Origin: Xanthomonas phage BUDD
Direction: 5' to 3' (one strand)
Sequence record: ON758385.1
DNA length: 32,000 nt
Under the pieces are notes generated by a model. The model had not been told where the DNA came from and searched no databases. It saw only the letters and a program-made list of their open reading frames with translations. The position numbers and the translations under genes were made by a program. Each line of letters begins with the position of its first letter. The stretch's first letter is position 1. Positions 8,347 through 16,291 of the stretch are shown here, piece after piece.

Positions 8347-9353
8347 TACTTCTCATAGTATTTCCCTACTCCCAGGTAAGGCTCGATCGGGAGACCGAGT
8401 GTTTCCACAAGGTTGAGGTAAGCCACTCCTTTCTCATAGTAATCTCGAGGCGCGTTGTCTCGATAAAGCTTCTGAGCATTAGGGCCCCAGAGTAGGTTGT
8501 GCATTCCATCCGCGATCTTCTGATGATGTTCCTTGTCGATCCATGTGAGAATCAGATTGACCACACCTTGATAAGAATACATCTCGCAAGTGGCTTCCTG
8601 ATCCGGCTTCACCTTGAAGAACAGCTTGAACAGGTCTTCGACATTCCTGACCAGAGCCTCTTCATCCATAGGAATCTCTTGCCAGACGTTTGGTCGAATC
8701 TCTCGCCACTTCACACGAGCACCCTTCGGGCTGAACACGATAGGGCTGATCTTTTTGGTGACGAACTTTGTCTTGAGCTGGACCGTCGCTTCCTGCAACC
8801 AGATAGCAGTGATCGCACGGAAGATGTACTTGTGAGCGAAGCCCTTGATACCTGAGCGGGTATCTTCCCAGGAACTCGATCGACTGAACCGCGACCAGTT
8901 CGTAGGACGATTGTTGGCGAATTCTACGAGCTCAAAGTCAACCTGATAGTACAGGTCAATGTCTTCATCGTACCAAAGGGTGACGATTGTGTCGATGGTG
9001 TGCTGCCAACCAATCAGCTTGAACTCGCTGACAAAATCTTCGTCTTCAACCCAACTCAGAAGGGATTGGAGGATGTCAGATTTTTCTACATCAACCTGGA
9101 TATCAATGTCACCAAAGGAGTTCTTGTACTTGATCAACTCATCAGTTGGAATGAAGTTATCGAAGATGTGCTTGGTCGAGCCTGCAAGGTAAGGTTCAAT
9201 GCCTGAACTCTCATCCCAGAGTTTCCTGTGTGCGCAATGGTTGAGCGTTTTCCAAAGGTGCTCAATTTTTGCCTTCCAGAAATCACGCCCATCCTGGCAC
9301 CCGATAGACACAGGGCTTGCAGAAATGCCGTTGAAAATCACGTTACCACCCAT
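8343..9353 (-). CDS. Pol-beta-fold nucleotidyltransferase-like protein
   Basis: YLAGSTKHIFDNFIPTDELIKYKNSFGDIDIQVDV (G[ST]...DhDh pattern) and a later YYQVDFELVEF that could supply the third carboxylate. Confidence 0.55.
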   Translation of the reverse strand: MGGNVIFNGISASPVSIGCQDGRDFWKAKIEHLWKTLNHCAHRKLWDESSGIEPYLAGSTKHIFDNFIPTDELIKYKNSFGDIDIQVDVEKSDILQSLLSWVEDEDFVSEFKLIGWQHTIDTIVTLWYDEDIDLYYQVDFELVEFANNRPTNWSRFSRSSSWEDTRSGIKGFAHKYIFRAITAIWLQEATVQLKTKFVTKKISPIVFSPKGARVKWREIRPNVWQEIPMDEEALVRNVEDLFKLFFKVKPDQEATCEMYSYQGVVNLILTWIDKEHHQKIADGMHNLLWGPNAQKLYRDNAPRDYYEKGVAYLNLVETLGLPIEPYLGVGKYYEKY

Positions 9354-9484
9354 GACGAATTACCTCTCTTTTATGTCGTCCAATTCTAGTGGATCGAGCC
9401 AGAACGGCACAGAATCCTTCGATTGTGTACCTAAGAATCCTTGGTAGCTTTGGCTTTTCCAACAGAATCAGACACTTACGTAGG

Positions 9485-9512
9485 TTGTTCCTGGGGAAGA
9501 AATCCGTATAAT
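9485..9512 (+). promoter_or_regulatory. Sigma70-like promoter candidate for the plus-strand AAA+ gene
   Basis: TTGTTC (9485-9490), 16-nt spacer, TATAAT (9507-9512), located 45 nt upstream of ATG 9558. Confidence 0.5.
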
Positions 9513-9557
9513 TGTGGTTGTCAGATGTCAGGCAAAACCACTTTAAGGAACTGGATC

Positions 9558-10544
9558 ATGAGCACGACCGCAGCAATGAAGCGAGAACTGAAGGCCAAGT
9601 TTGGCGATACCGTTACGACGGGTCAACTCGGACAGTTCAATCGAGAATATTTGAAGCGCGCTCGTCAGGGCGAGCTGGAACAGGTTGCTCGTGGCCTTTG
9701 GGCGATTACGGCAGCCGGTTTGGCGCAGGCAACTGCGTCGGACGATGACGATGATGAAGACGACACCGACGTTCCGGAAAAGCCCGTTGATGCTGCGATG
9801 ATTCGCAAGCGCTTCAACATGCTCGAGAAGCTCGGCGACGGCATGGTCAACGGCAACATTCGTTCGCTGATCGTGTCGGGTTCGGCAGGCGTCGGCAAGA
9901 CCTTCACGCTAGAGCGCCAGTTGGAAGAGGCTGAGCGCACCAAGAAGATTCAGTCCTACGACTCGACCAAGGGCACGATCAGCGCCGTCGGTCTGTACGA
10001 GACGCTCTACAAGAATCGGAACAAGGGTCAGGTGCTGCTACTCGACGACGTGGATCGCGTGTTCTACGACGAAGAAGCACTGAACATCTTGAAGGCGGCT
10101 CTGGATACGAGCGCAGTGCGGACGATCAGCTGGTCGAAGGCCTCGAAGTACCTCGCAGACAGCGATATCCCGAACCGATTCCAGTATGAAGGTCAGATCG
10201 TCTTCATCACCAACCTCGACCTGGATCGCATCGTCGCCAAGCAAGGTCGACTGGCTCCGCACATTCTGGCTCTCATGAGTCGGTCGATCTTCCTGGACCT
10301 GTGCATCCATAACCCGAAGGCCATCATGGTTCGTGTCGAACAGGTGCTCAAGGAATCGACCCTGGGTGCAGACCTCGGCTTGGATCAGAAGCAGGTTGAC
10401 CAGTGCGTGAAGTGGATGAACGACAACTTGATGAGCCTGAGGTCGGTCTCGATCCGTACGGTGAACCAGCTCGCCGGTTTCATGAAGACCTCAGCGGCTG
10501 ACTGGAAGGACATGGCGGACACGACCCTGATCAAGGGCTTCTAA
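9558..10544 (+). CDS. AAA+ ATPase
   Basis: Walker A SLIVSGSAGVGKTFT, Walker B GQVLLLDDVDRVF, sensor-like IVFITNLD. Start at ATG 9558 preceded by TAAGGA. ORF track gives 9441. Confidence 0.8.
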   Translation: MSTTAAMKRELKAKFGDTVTTGQLGQFNREYLKRARQGELEQVARGLWAITAAGLAQATASDDDDDEDDTDVPEKPVDAAMIRKRFNMLEKLGDGMVNGNIRSLIVSGSAGVGKTFTLERQLEEAERTKKIQSYDSTKGTISAVGLYETLYKNRNKGQVLLLDDVDRVFYDEEALNILKAALDTSAVRTISWSKASKYLADSDIPNRFQYEGQIVFITNLDLDRIVAKQGRLAPHILALMSRSIFLDLCIHNPKAIMVRVEQVLKESTLGADLGLDQKQVDQCVKWMNDNLMSLRSVSIRTVNQLAGFMKTSAADWKDMADTTLIKGF

Positions 10545-10571
10545 CAGTGGGCTGACATCTGACAATGCAGG

Positions 10572-10612
10572 CCACTCGACACCCTGGGAAACCGGGGTGT
10601 CACCTTGAGTGG
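10572..10612. terminator. Compound stem-loop after the AAA+ gene
   Basis: CCACTC-GACACCC tgggaaaccg GGGTGTC accttGAGTGG: 7-bp inner stem (10578-10584/10595-10601) and 6-bp outer stem (10572-10577/10607-10612). Confidence 0.5.
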
Positions 10613-10656
10613 TCATCTGACTCGAGCCTGGCACACCCCTTAGCAGTACTAGGCTT

Positions 10657-10729
10657 GTAAGTGTCTGATTCTATTGGTGGTTCTGAGCAGGGCTTCCCGT
10701 CAAGAACATCAATAGAATCAGGAACTTAC
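10657..10729. other. Long imperfect hairpin in the convergent intergenic region; terminator or structured RNA
   Basis: GTAAGTgtCTGATTCTATTGGTGGTTCT - 18 nt - AGAACATCAATAGAATCAGgaACTTAC; about 25 bp paired in total with one wobble, one bulge and one 2x2 internal loop. Confidence 0.6.
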
Positions 10730-10783
10730 TGGATACGCTTTTAAAAGCTGGGCCAGTCTGGCGGACATAGGACTGCGGTCGGC

Positions 10784-11032
10784 TCAGATTTCAGCGTAGC
10801 CGACTCGGTTGTGTCTCGTCGCGTTTCGTGTTCGGAAGTAGCCGAACGACTCAGGGGCACCTACACAGGACAGGAGCTCGCACTTGCCCGTTCCGTGCTG
10901 CCACATACCGTAGTAATAGTCGTCACCGCCATGCACCAATCCGAAAAAGGTGTAAGTGTGTTCGCCACAGCGATACAGAGCCCCAATGAGGGGCTCGTAT
11001 TCTTCAACGAGTTGATTCCATAAGTCTGTCAT
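10784..11032 (-). CDS. Hypothetical protein
   Basis: 82 aa, MTDLWNQLVEEYEPLIGALYRCGEHTYTFFGL..., start overlaps the stop of the helicase gene. Confidence 0.55.
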   Translation of the reverse strand: MTDLWNQLVEEYEPLIGALYRCGEHTYTFFGLVHGGDDYYYGMWQHGTGKCELLSCVGAPESFGYFRTRNATRHNRVGYAEI

Positions 11033-12435
11033 TACACTTCAAATCCTGCGAATTTGCCTGAGGAGTTTGTGCTCTGGAACTTGTCCTTAAGAGCCGTTTG
11101 GTCTGTCACAATCTTCGAGTCCATTTGTGTGAACTCACTTGACCTGTCGTCATCCAATCCGAAGAGTGTCTGATGCTCGATCTTGACACCGATTGTGAAC
11201 GTTGTCTTGATTGACTTATTCGCATATCGAGATTTCAGCTGCTTGATCAAAAGCTGATTCACCTGATCCAGTTCATCCGTTCGGATCATTGCCCACATAC
11301 CGTCAGCCGTGTGAGCGATACCTGCCGACTCAGCGATGCCGCTCATATCGACGTCGGTCGCGTTCATCTGACCACGGTTAAACTGCGCAGCCGACCATAC
11401 CACAGTGTTCGTCTCAACAGCCAGAGCACGAAGCTCTTCCGCCACCGACTTGAAGAAGTAGTAGGAGCCGACCGAATAAGGAAGACGATACGATGCGAGA
11501 ATCTGCAGGTAGTCAACAATGATGACGTCTGGGATGAAGTTTTGCTTCATCTTCAGTTCGTCAAGTGTCTGACGAATGTTCAGAGTCGATGCTGAGGTCG
11601 GTGGGAATTCCTTGACTTTTAGCTTACCGTACGACTTCGCCTTAAGAGCATCAATGCGATTGAGGAACTTCTCCTGACCAATGTCAGTGATCTTGTTCAT
11701 ATCCATGCCGAGGATGTTCGCGTCCACTCGCTGGAACACAACTTCCTCTCGCATTTCGCAAGACACATAGAGCACGTTCAAGCCATCGCGAATGTAATCC
11801 GCAGCCAGGCTGACCAGTGCCAAAGACTTACCGACGTTGGTACCTGCAACAAAAAGGTTGAGCGTCTTGCGAGTCAGACCACCCGAAGTGATCTCATTGA
11901 ATGTATCAATTCGGAACGGAACCTTTGACTCGGGATTCGTATAGAAGTCCCATCGCAGCTGAGCGTCATCGAAGTAGTCTTGACCGACCTGTGTGTTGAA
12001 CGAGACGCTGATCGCCTTCGCCAAGATATCCGGAATCGCCGCAATCGAGAGCTTTGTATTCTCACCTTGATAGACTGCGATACCTTCCTGCAGTGCGTTG
12101 TAGACTGCGCGTTCCTGACACCACTTCTCAGTGATCTCCTTTAGCCAATCGAAGTTCTGGCTGGGAACAATGCTAAAGACGTCACCAACGGTTTCGACGA
12201 CTCGATTGCTACGACCTTCATCCAGACTGCGATCATTCTTCGCCTCGACCATCAGAGTAGACTTGTCGGGCATTTCATTGTACTTGCCTGCGTAGGCATT
12301 GATCATCTTGAAGACGCGCTTCTCAGACTCATCTTCAAAATACTCTTCCTTGATGAAAGGAATGAGCTTACGCATGTACTCTTCATTCTTTACCAGCGCC
12401 GAAAGGACAAGGCGCTCATTTGTTACGTCACTCAT
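11032..12435 (-). CDS. Replicative DNA helicase, DnaB/T4 gp41-like
   Basis: Walker A LFVAGTNVGKSLALVSLAADYIRDGLNVLYVSCEM, Walker B PDVIIVDYLQIL, C-terminal RecA-like core. Confidence 0.85.
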   Translation of the reverse strand: MSDVTNERLVLSALVKNEEYMRKLIPFIKEEYFEDESEKRVFKMINAYAGKYNEMPDKSTLMVEAKNDRSLDEGRSNRVVETVGDVFSIVPSQNFDWLKEITEKWCQERAVYNALQEGIAVYQGENTKLSIAAIPDILAKAISVSFNTQVGQDYFDDAQLRWDFYTNPESKVPFRIDTFNEITSGGLTRKTLNLFVAGTNVGKSLALVSLAADYIRDGLNVLYVSCEMREEVVFQRVDANILGMDMNKITDIGQEKFLNRIDALKAKSYGKLKVKEFPPTSASTLNIRQTLDELKMKQNFIPDVIIVDYLQILASYRLPYSVGSYYFFKSVAEELRALAVETNTVVWSAAQFNRGQMNATDVDMSGIAESAGIAHTADGMWAMIRTDELDQVNQLLIKQLKSRYANKSIKTTFTIGVKIEHQTLFGLDDDRSSEFTQMDSKIVTDQTALKDKFQSTNSSGKFAGFEV

Positions 12436-12869
12436 TCGGAATCCTGTTCAACTAGACCGTTAATTCTGACACGACCATGACCTAATTCATAGGTTTCACC
12501 GTTCTTAGATTCAAACCAGGTTGCATCCCATGGACCACGAATGCTTAGTGCCCAGGCACCTTTTGCTCCTGCAATGATCTTGTGGAAGCAATTCTTCGGC
12601 GTCCACTTTGGCTTCCAAGAAGGACTCCAATCCTTGTACGTGATCTCGCCTTTATTCCAGAATGGATCAGTCTTGTCAAAGAATTCTTCCCTCACATCTC
12701 CCTTGAGCCACCAAGTCAACGCATTGAACGCGTGCGAATGGAATGCCTCTCGGCTACCGGGACCGAAATGTAGCAACACGATTGAGAATAGCGACTTGCA
12801 CTCAATCAACCAATAGCCTGTGACGCCAGAGTCTCCGCCGCCATCATAGCTCTTACGAAATAGTTTCAA
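12432..12869 (-). CDS. Cupin-like small protein
   Basis: FSIVLLHFGPGSREAFHSHAFNALTWWLKG...GAWALSIRGPW, a cupin-type His cluster. Start proposed at TTG 12869 with GGAGG at 12876-12880. Confidence 0.5.
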   Translation of the reverse strand: MKLFRKSYDGGGDSGVTGYWLIECKSLFSIVLLHFGPGSREAFHSHAFNALTWWLKGDVREEFFDKTDPFWNKGEITYKDWSPSWKPKWTPKNCFHKIIAGAKGAWALSIRGPWDATWFESKNGETYELGHGRVRINGLVEQDSE

Positions 12870-13057
12870 AGTAATCCTCCTTGTCTTAGATCGACGATGA
12901 GGAAGTAGAAGCCCATACCAATGTAGAACCACTCGCCATCGGAATCTCCGATGCCTTTGTCCCAACAGGTCGGGGCGAACGCAAAGCGCCGCCACTTCCA
13001 ATGATACCAGTTGCCAGAGACTGTAAAACGATTCTCATCGTTCATTGTCTTGGCCAA
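12866..13057 (-). CDS. Small hypothetical protein
   Basis: MAKTMNDENRFTVSGNWYHWKWRRFAFAPTCWDKGIGDSDGEWFYIGMGFYFLIVDLRQGGLL; coupled to its neighbours by short overlaps. Confidence 0.5.
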   Translation of the reverse strand: MAKTMNDENRFTVSGNWYHWKWRRFAFAPTCWDKGIGDSDGEWFYIGMGFYFLIVDLRQGGLL

Positions 13058-13236
13058 CCCATCACGTTGTATTTCAAATGATCACCAGCAAGAGCAGCTG
13101 CATCGCAGTTCTCTTTGTCAACGCCGTAGGTGGTCACATGCTCGTGTGATCCTACCTTACGTCCAATAATTATGATCTGGTCGAAACCATACTTCTTCGC
13201 TACGTGCTGAGCGGCGCTGATTGGAATCTCGTTCAT
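13042..13236 (-). CDS. Small hypothetical protein
   Basis: MNEIPISAAQHVAKKYGFDQIIIIGRKVGSHEHVTTYGVDKENCDAAALAGDHLKYN; recognisable fold-like hydrophobic pattern, unknown function. Confidence 0.6.
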   Translation of the reverse strand: MNEIPISAAQHVAKKYGFDQIIIIGRKVGSHEHVTTYGVDKENCDAAALAGDHLKYNVMGWPRQ

Positions 13237-13442
13237 CCCTCAGTAACCTCATGCCCAAGATGCTTAAGAATTTGCGCATAGATGTAATCACGTGTGAAGT
13301 CATCTCCGTCGTAGCAATGGGCAATCGGGACAAACTGAAGAGCGAGCTGTCCATCAATGTAGACGTTCGCCCCATCAGCATAGTTCCCACCACAGGTCTC
13401 ACAATCGCTGCTATCGCTTGTCCACTCGATTTGGATTTTCAT
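13233..13442 (-). CDS. Small hypothetical protein with a CxxC motif
   Basis: MKIQIEWTSDSSDCETCGGNYADGANVYIDGQLALQFVPIAHCYDG... Start proposed at ATG 13442 with GGAG 7 nt upstream. ORF track gives 13511. Confidence 0.55.
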   Translation of the reverse strand: MKIQIEWTSDSSDCETCGGNYADGANVYIDGQLALQFVPIAHCYDGDDFTRDYIYAQILKHLGHEVTEG

Positions 13443-13545
13443 TTGCTCGTCTCCATTCATTACAATATTTGCCATAGGCAGCGTGATAGTTGCCCCAGTA
13501 ATTGTGGGCAACCATCCATTCGTGATACGTTAGCATCTTATTCAT
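13411..13545 (-). CDS. Possible 44-aa small protein (absent from the supplied track)
   Basis: MNKMLTYHEWMVAHNYWGNYHAAYGKYCNEWRRANENPNRVDKR*, preceded by AGGA. Overlaps the next gene by 32 nt. Confidence 0.35.
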   Translation of the reverse strand: MNKMLTYHEWMVAHNYWGNYHAAYGKYCNEWRRANENPNRVDKR

Positions 13546-13641
13546 ATCTTGGTAATCCTGGCATACCTAAATCTTCCGGGCCCGGCTCTTTAGATCCAAC
13601 CACTGCCAAGATCAAAATTGCAGCCAGGAGGAGAAGGTACA

Positions 13642-14535
13642 TTACGTACCAACTCCGTTACCCCAGAGATCATTCTGCACACGGTGCGAGTAGAGCCAAC
13701 CTTCATCAATGCACCTCTTTGCAATTCCACGTGCAGTGACCTTCTGCTGCTCGTCAGTACAAGCCTGAGGCATGATCCAGATAGGAACAGTGCGAGGCAG
13801 ACCAGCAGCGTAGTAGATCTCCATCACTTCCTTCACCTCATCGTAATCAGCCTCAGAGCCATCAACGACGAACTTGAAATACTGATTCACACGACCGGGG
13901 AAGTTGTGCGTCAAAACATGCTGCATCAGAGCAATTTCAGGACGAATTGCTTGCTTACGATCCTCACCACTCGAAGAGATCTTGGGAGAGTTGCTCCAAG
14001 TCCAAATGCGGCGCGAATCTTGTGCAAGCCACTCGTAGATGTTGCTGATGAATTCGTCCTTGAACGGAACAGAGCAATTCGTCTCAACGAGATAGTGACG
14101 TGCATCTTTCATTCGAGGATGGAACAGAATCTCAGGAATGAACTTCCACTTCAAGGTTGGCTCACCTCCGGTGAGCGAAATGATCTGAGGCAGACCAGTG
14201 CTGTAGATGAGCTTGCCTTGAGGGAGAACCTCGTACAGCGCATCAATCAATGCATCTGTATCGTACTTCTTCCACATGTGCGCGAAGATCGGATTCACCG
14301 CATATTGACTGTCGCAGCCCTTGTCGATCAACGGAATATCTTCCAGACGTTGATAGTCCTTCGGATCGAAGTCGAGAGGAGCGTAGCCCTTTGCATCAAT
14401 CAGCTTGTTCGGGTTGTTGAACAACGGACAAGAGAAGTTGCATCGCGCAAAGCGAATGTAGGTGGTCGGATGGAAGGTGAATTGTGCCTCACCTTCCAAC
14501 GAGCTGAAGATTTCCGATACTTCGAACAGTGCCAT
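13642..14535 (-). CDS. queE: QueE-like radical SAM protein (7-carboxy-7-deazaguanine synthase)
   Basis: FEVSEIFSSLEGEAQFTFHPTTYIRFARCNFSCPLFNN...KGCDSQYAVNP and later LTGGEPTLK. ATG 14535 overlaps the QueD stop. Confidence 0.8.
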   Translation of the reverse strand: MALFEVSEIFSSLEGEAQFTFHPTTYIRFARCNFSCPLFNNPNKLIDAKGYAPLDFDPKDYQRLEDIPLIDKGCDSQYAVNPIFAHMWKKYDTDALIDALYEVLPQGKLIYSTGLPQIISLTGGEPTLKWKFIPEILFHPRMKDARHYLVETNCSVPFKDEFISNIYEWLAQDSRRIWTWSNSPKISSSGEDRKQAIRPEIALMQHVLTHNFPGRVNQYFKFVVDGSEADYDEVKEVMEIYYAAGLPRTVPIWIMPQACTDEQQKVTARGIAKRCIDEGWLYSHRVQNDLWGNGVGT

Positions 14536-14906
14536 TAGCCGAATACCTCTCCATTGCTGATGCCATAGATTGCATGAACACCACACTCACCATCTTCCGA
14601 GACTTCAACCTCGAGTGTACGGTAGAGTGCAGGATACTTCTCAGCAACAATCTTTGCAATGTCGTCTGCAATCATCTCACACGACTTGTAATCAAGACCG
14701 TTGAGTGCCACAGCCGCTTCCAAGAAGTTGAGGAACTGGTGGAACTCGATCTCACGATCGTCATGGAAGACCTCAATGGCTACCTTGAAGTGGAACAGGT
14801 GGCGGTGAGGATGTGCAAGGTACGCGACGTCTTCGAGTCCTTGGGTGCCGGCTGCTGGGTAGCGGTGAAAGCCTGCTTTCCGGAATGTTACCCAAATCTT
14901 TTTCAT
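14535..14906 (-). CDS. queD: QueD/6-pyruvoyl-tetrahydropterin synthase-like protein
   Basis: KAGFHRYPAA...AHPHRHLFHFKVAIEVFHDDREIEFHQF, with PTPS-family metal-binding His residues (H..., HRH). Confidence 0.7.
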   Translation of the reverse strand: MKKIWVTFRKAGFHRYPAAGTQGLEDVAYLAHPHRHLFHFKVAIEVFHDDREIEFHQFLNFLEAAVALNGLDYKSCEMIADDIAKIVAEKYPALYRTLEVEVSEDGECGVHAIYGISNGEVFG

Positions 14907-14938
14907 CTGATGGTTCTCCTAAATGGTCCAACTATGAT

Positions 14939-14972
14939 ATAGCATCCGTGACGGTGAATCAACGGATGCTAT
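14939..14972. other. Perfect 11-bp stem-loop between the dpdA-like and queD-like genes
   Basis: ATAGCATCCGT (14939-14949) / ACGGATGCTAT (14962-14972), 12-nt loop, 4 nt past the dpdA-like stop on the transcribed strand. Confidence 0.7.
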
Positions 14973-14976
14973 GTCT

Positions 14977-16290
14977 TTAACCGAAAAGCTCTTCGAGGCT
15001 CTGCTGCTTCGACCGAACTCTGTCCGACTTCAAAACGTTCTTGAATGTCGAATGCCAAACGTTGAAGTCAGCGCGAGTATGACACTCAGCAAGACCTGCG
15101 ATTGGATGTTGATGGCTCTTACGAATGCCCTTCATGTATCCTTCCGAATCCATGTACTCTTCAATCTGTGTGATGAAGTTGTCGTAGGAATAGCGGAACA
15201 GAGCAATCTTTGTCTTCGGAATGAATGGTCGATTGTGCGGCTCACCAATCGCCTCAACGGCAGAATAGCTCGGGCAAGTGATGAAATACTTGTAGAGTGA
15301 TTCCGGGTCATCGAAGCCGATGTTGAATTTGCCAATGTGATCCATCATGAACTGATAATCGCGTGGGCGATATCCATCCGACTGCAACAGACGAGTTCCA
15401 ACGTAGGTGCCGTCAGGACGTCGTGTGTAGAAACGAGAGCGAGCGAGTCCACCGGTGTGAGTGGTGCTGTCGTAGCTGATCACCTTGTTCTTGTAGACGC
15501 CCGACTTGGCGAGTGCTAGAACAGGAGCAAGTCGATCAAACGAACCAACACCCAGGAAGTGGATTTGCTTGCAGTCAAAACGGAAATTCATCTGCGAAGC
15601 GACAAAAGCCGATTCGTAGTTCTCTAGATCTCCAGGACCAAGCGTCGAGGTTGCGACTGCGACACCTGCGATATTGTCCATGAGCTCATGAGGGATCTGA
15701 TCCTGGACGTACTCAACCCAGTCATAATAGGTCTCTGGACAATTGCCTTGAGCAATAAGCATAGGCTTAGCGACTGTCCCGACCTCAGCAAAGTATTCAA
15801 GCTGTTCACGTAGATTCTTTCCTGATTCAATTGCCTTCGCCTTCAACTGCGAACGGTCGAAGACCTTCTTACGCGTTGCTGACATTGCGCCGCGACCTGC
15901 ATAAGGATCGAAGATCTGCGAGACAGGAATCTCGTCGAAGGACATTGCTACAGTGCTGTAGTCTGCCTGAGTCTTGTAGATCTTTCGCTTAGCCGCTTCG
16001 TCTGCAACCTTGCCAAGTGACACCATCTGCAGACCACCCGAGTCAGCATGAATGTCGCACATCACGTCAGCATAGTTCTCCTTGAACACCTTACCGAAAG
16101 TCGATTCGGTAAAGGCATTGAACAGCATGCCGAATTTGTTAGGTCCACGATCTGCTCCGACGAACATGTTGCGAACCCAATCAATCGTTTCATCATTCAC
16201 TCCGCCATCTCGACGGAGTGAATTGATATACATGAAAGACGTGCCGCTCGCGATGTAGTGGAGCTCGTTTCCGTTGTAGTTATCTGTCAT
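14977..16290 (-). CDS. dpdA: DpdA-like 7-deazaguanine DNA transglycosylase (TGT superfamily)
   Basis: IHADSGGLQMVSLG (TGT DSGGFQ equivalent), AMSFDEIPV, LIAQGNCPE, AGVAVATSTLG, IHFLGVGSFDRLAPVLALA, SYDSTTHTGG. Confidence 0.75.
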   Translation of the reverse strand: MTDNYNGNELHYIASGTSFMYINSLRRDGGVNDETIDWVRNMFVGADRGPNKFGMLFNAFTESTFGKVFKENYADVMCDIHADSGGLQMVSLGKVADEAAKRKIYKTQADYSTVAMSFDEIPVSQIFDPYAGRGAMSATRKKVFDRSQLKAKAIESGKNLREQLEYFAEVGTVAKPMLIAQGNCPETYYDWVEYVQDQIPHELMDNIAGVAVATSTLGPGDLENYESAFVASQMNFRFDCKQIHFLGVGSFDRLAPVLALAKSGVYKNKVISYDSTTHTGGLARSRFYTRRPDGTYVGTRLLQSDGYRPRDYQFMMDHIGKFNIGFDDPESLYKYFITCPSYSAVEAIGEPHNRPFIPKTKIALFRYSYDNFITQIEEYMDSEGYMKGIRKSHQHPIAGLAECHTRADFNVWHSTFKNVLKSDRVRSKQQSLEELFG

Positions 16291-16291
16291 A

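Noticed and set aside
10545-10783. tRNA gene in the structured intergenic region
   Set aside because: The stem lengths and order do not fit a cloverleaf, and there is no T-loop GTTCRA consensus or anticodon arm. No tRNA was seen elsewhere by eye; tRNAscan-SE would settle it.
12870-13001. N-terminal extension of the cupin-like ORF (MEVAALCVRPDLLGQRHRRFRW...)
   Set aside because: Overlaps another coding frame (12866..13057) and reads as a frame shadow; the TTG at 12869 has a GGAGG site.
13618-14538. 306-aa plus-strand ORF antisense to the queE-like gene
   Set aside because: Shadow ORF; the minus frame carries radical SAM features.
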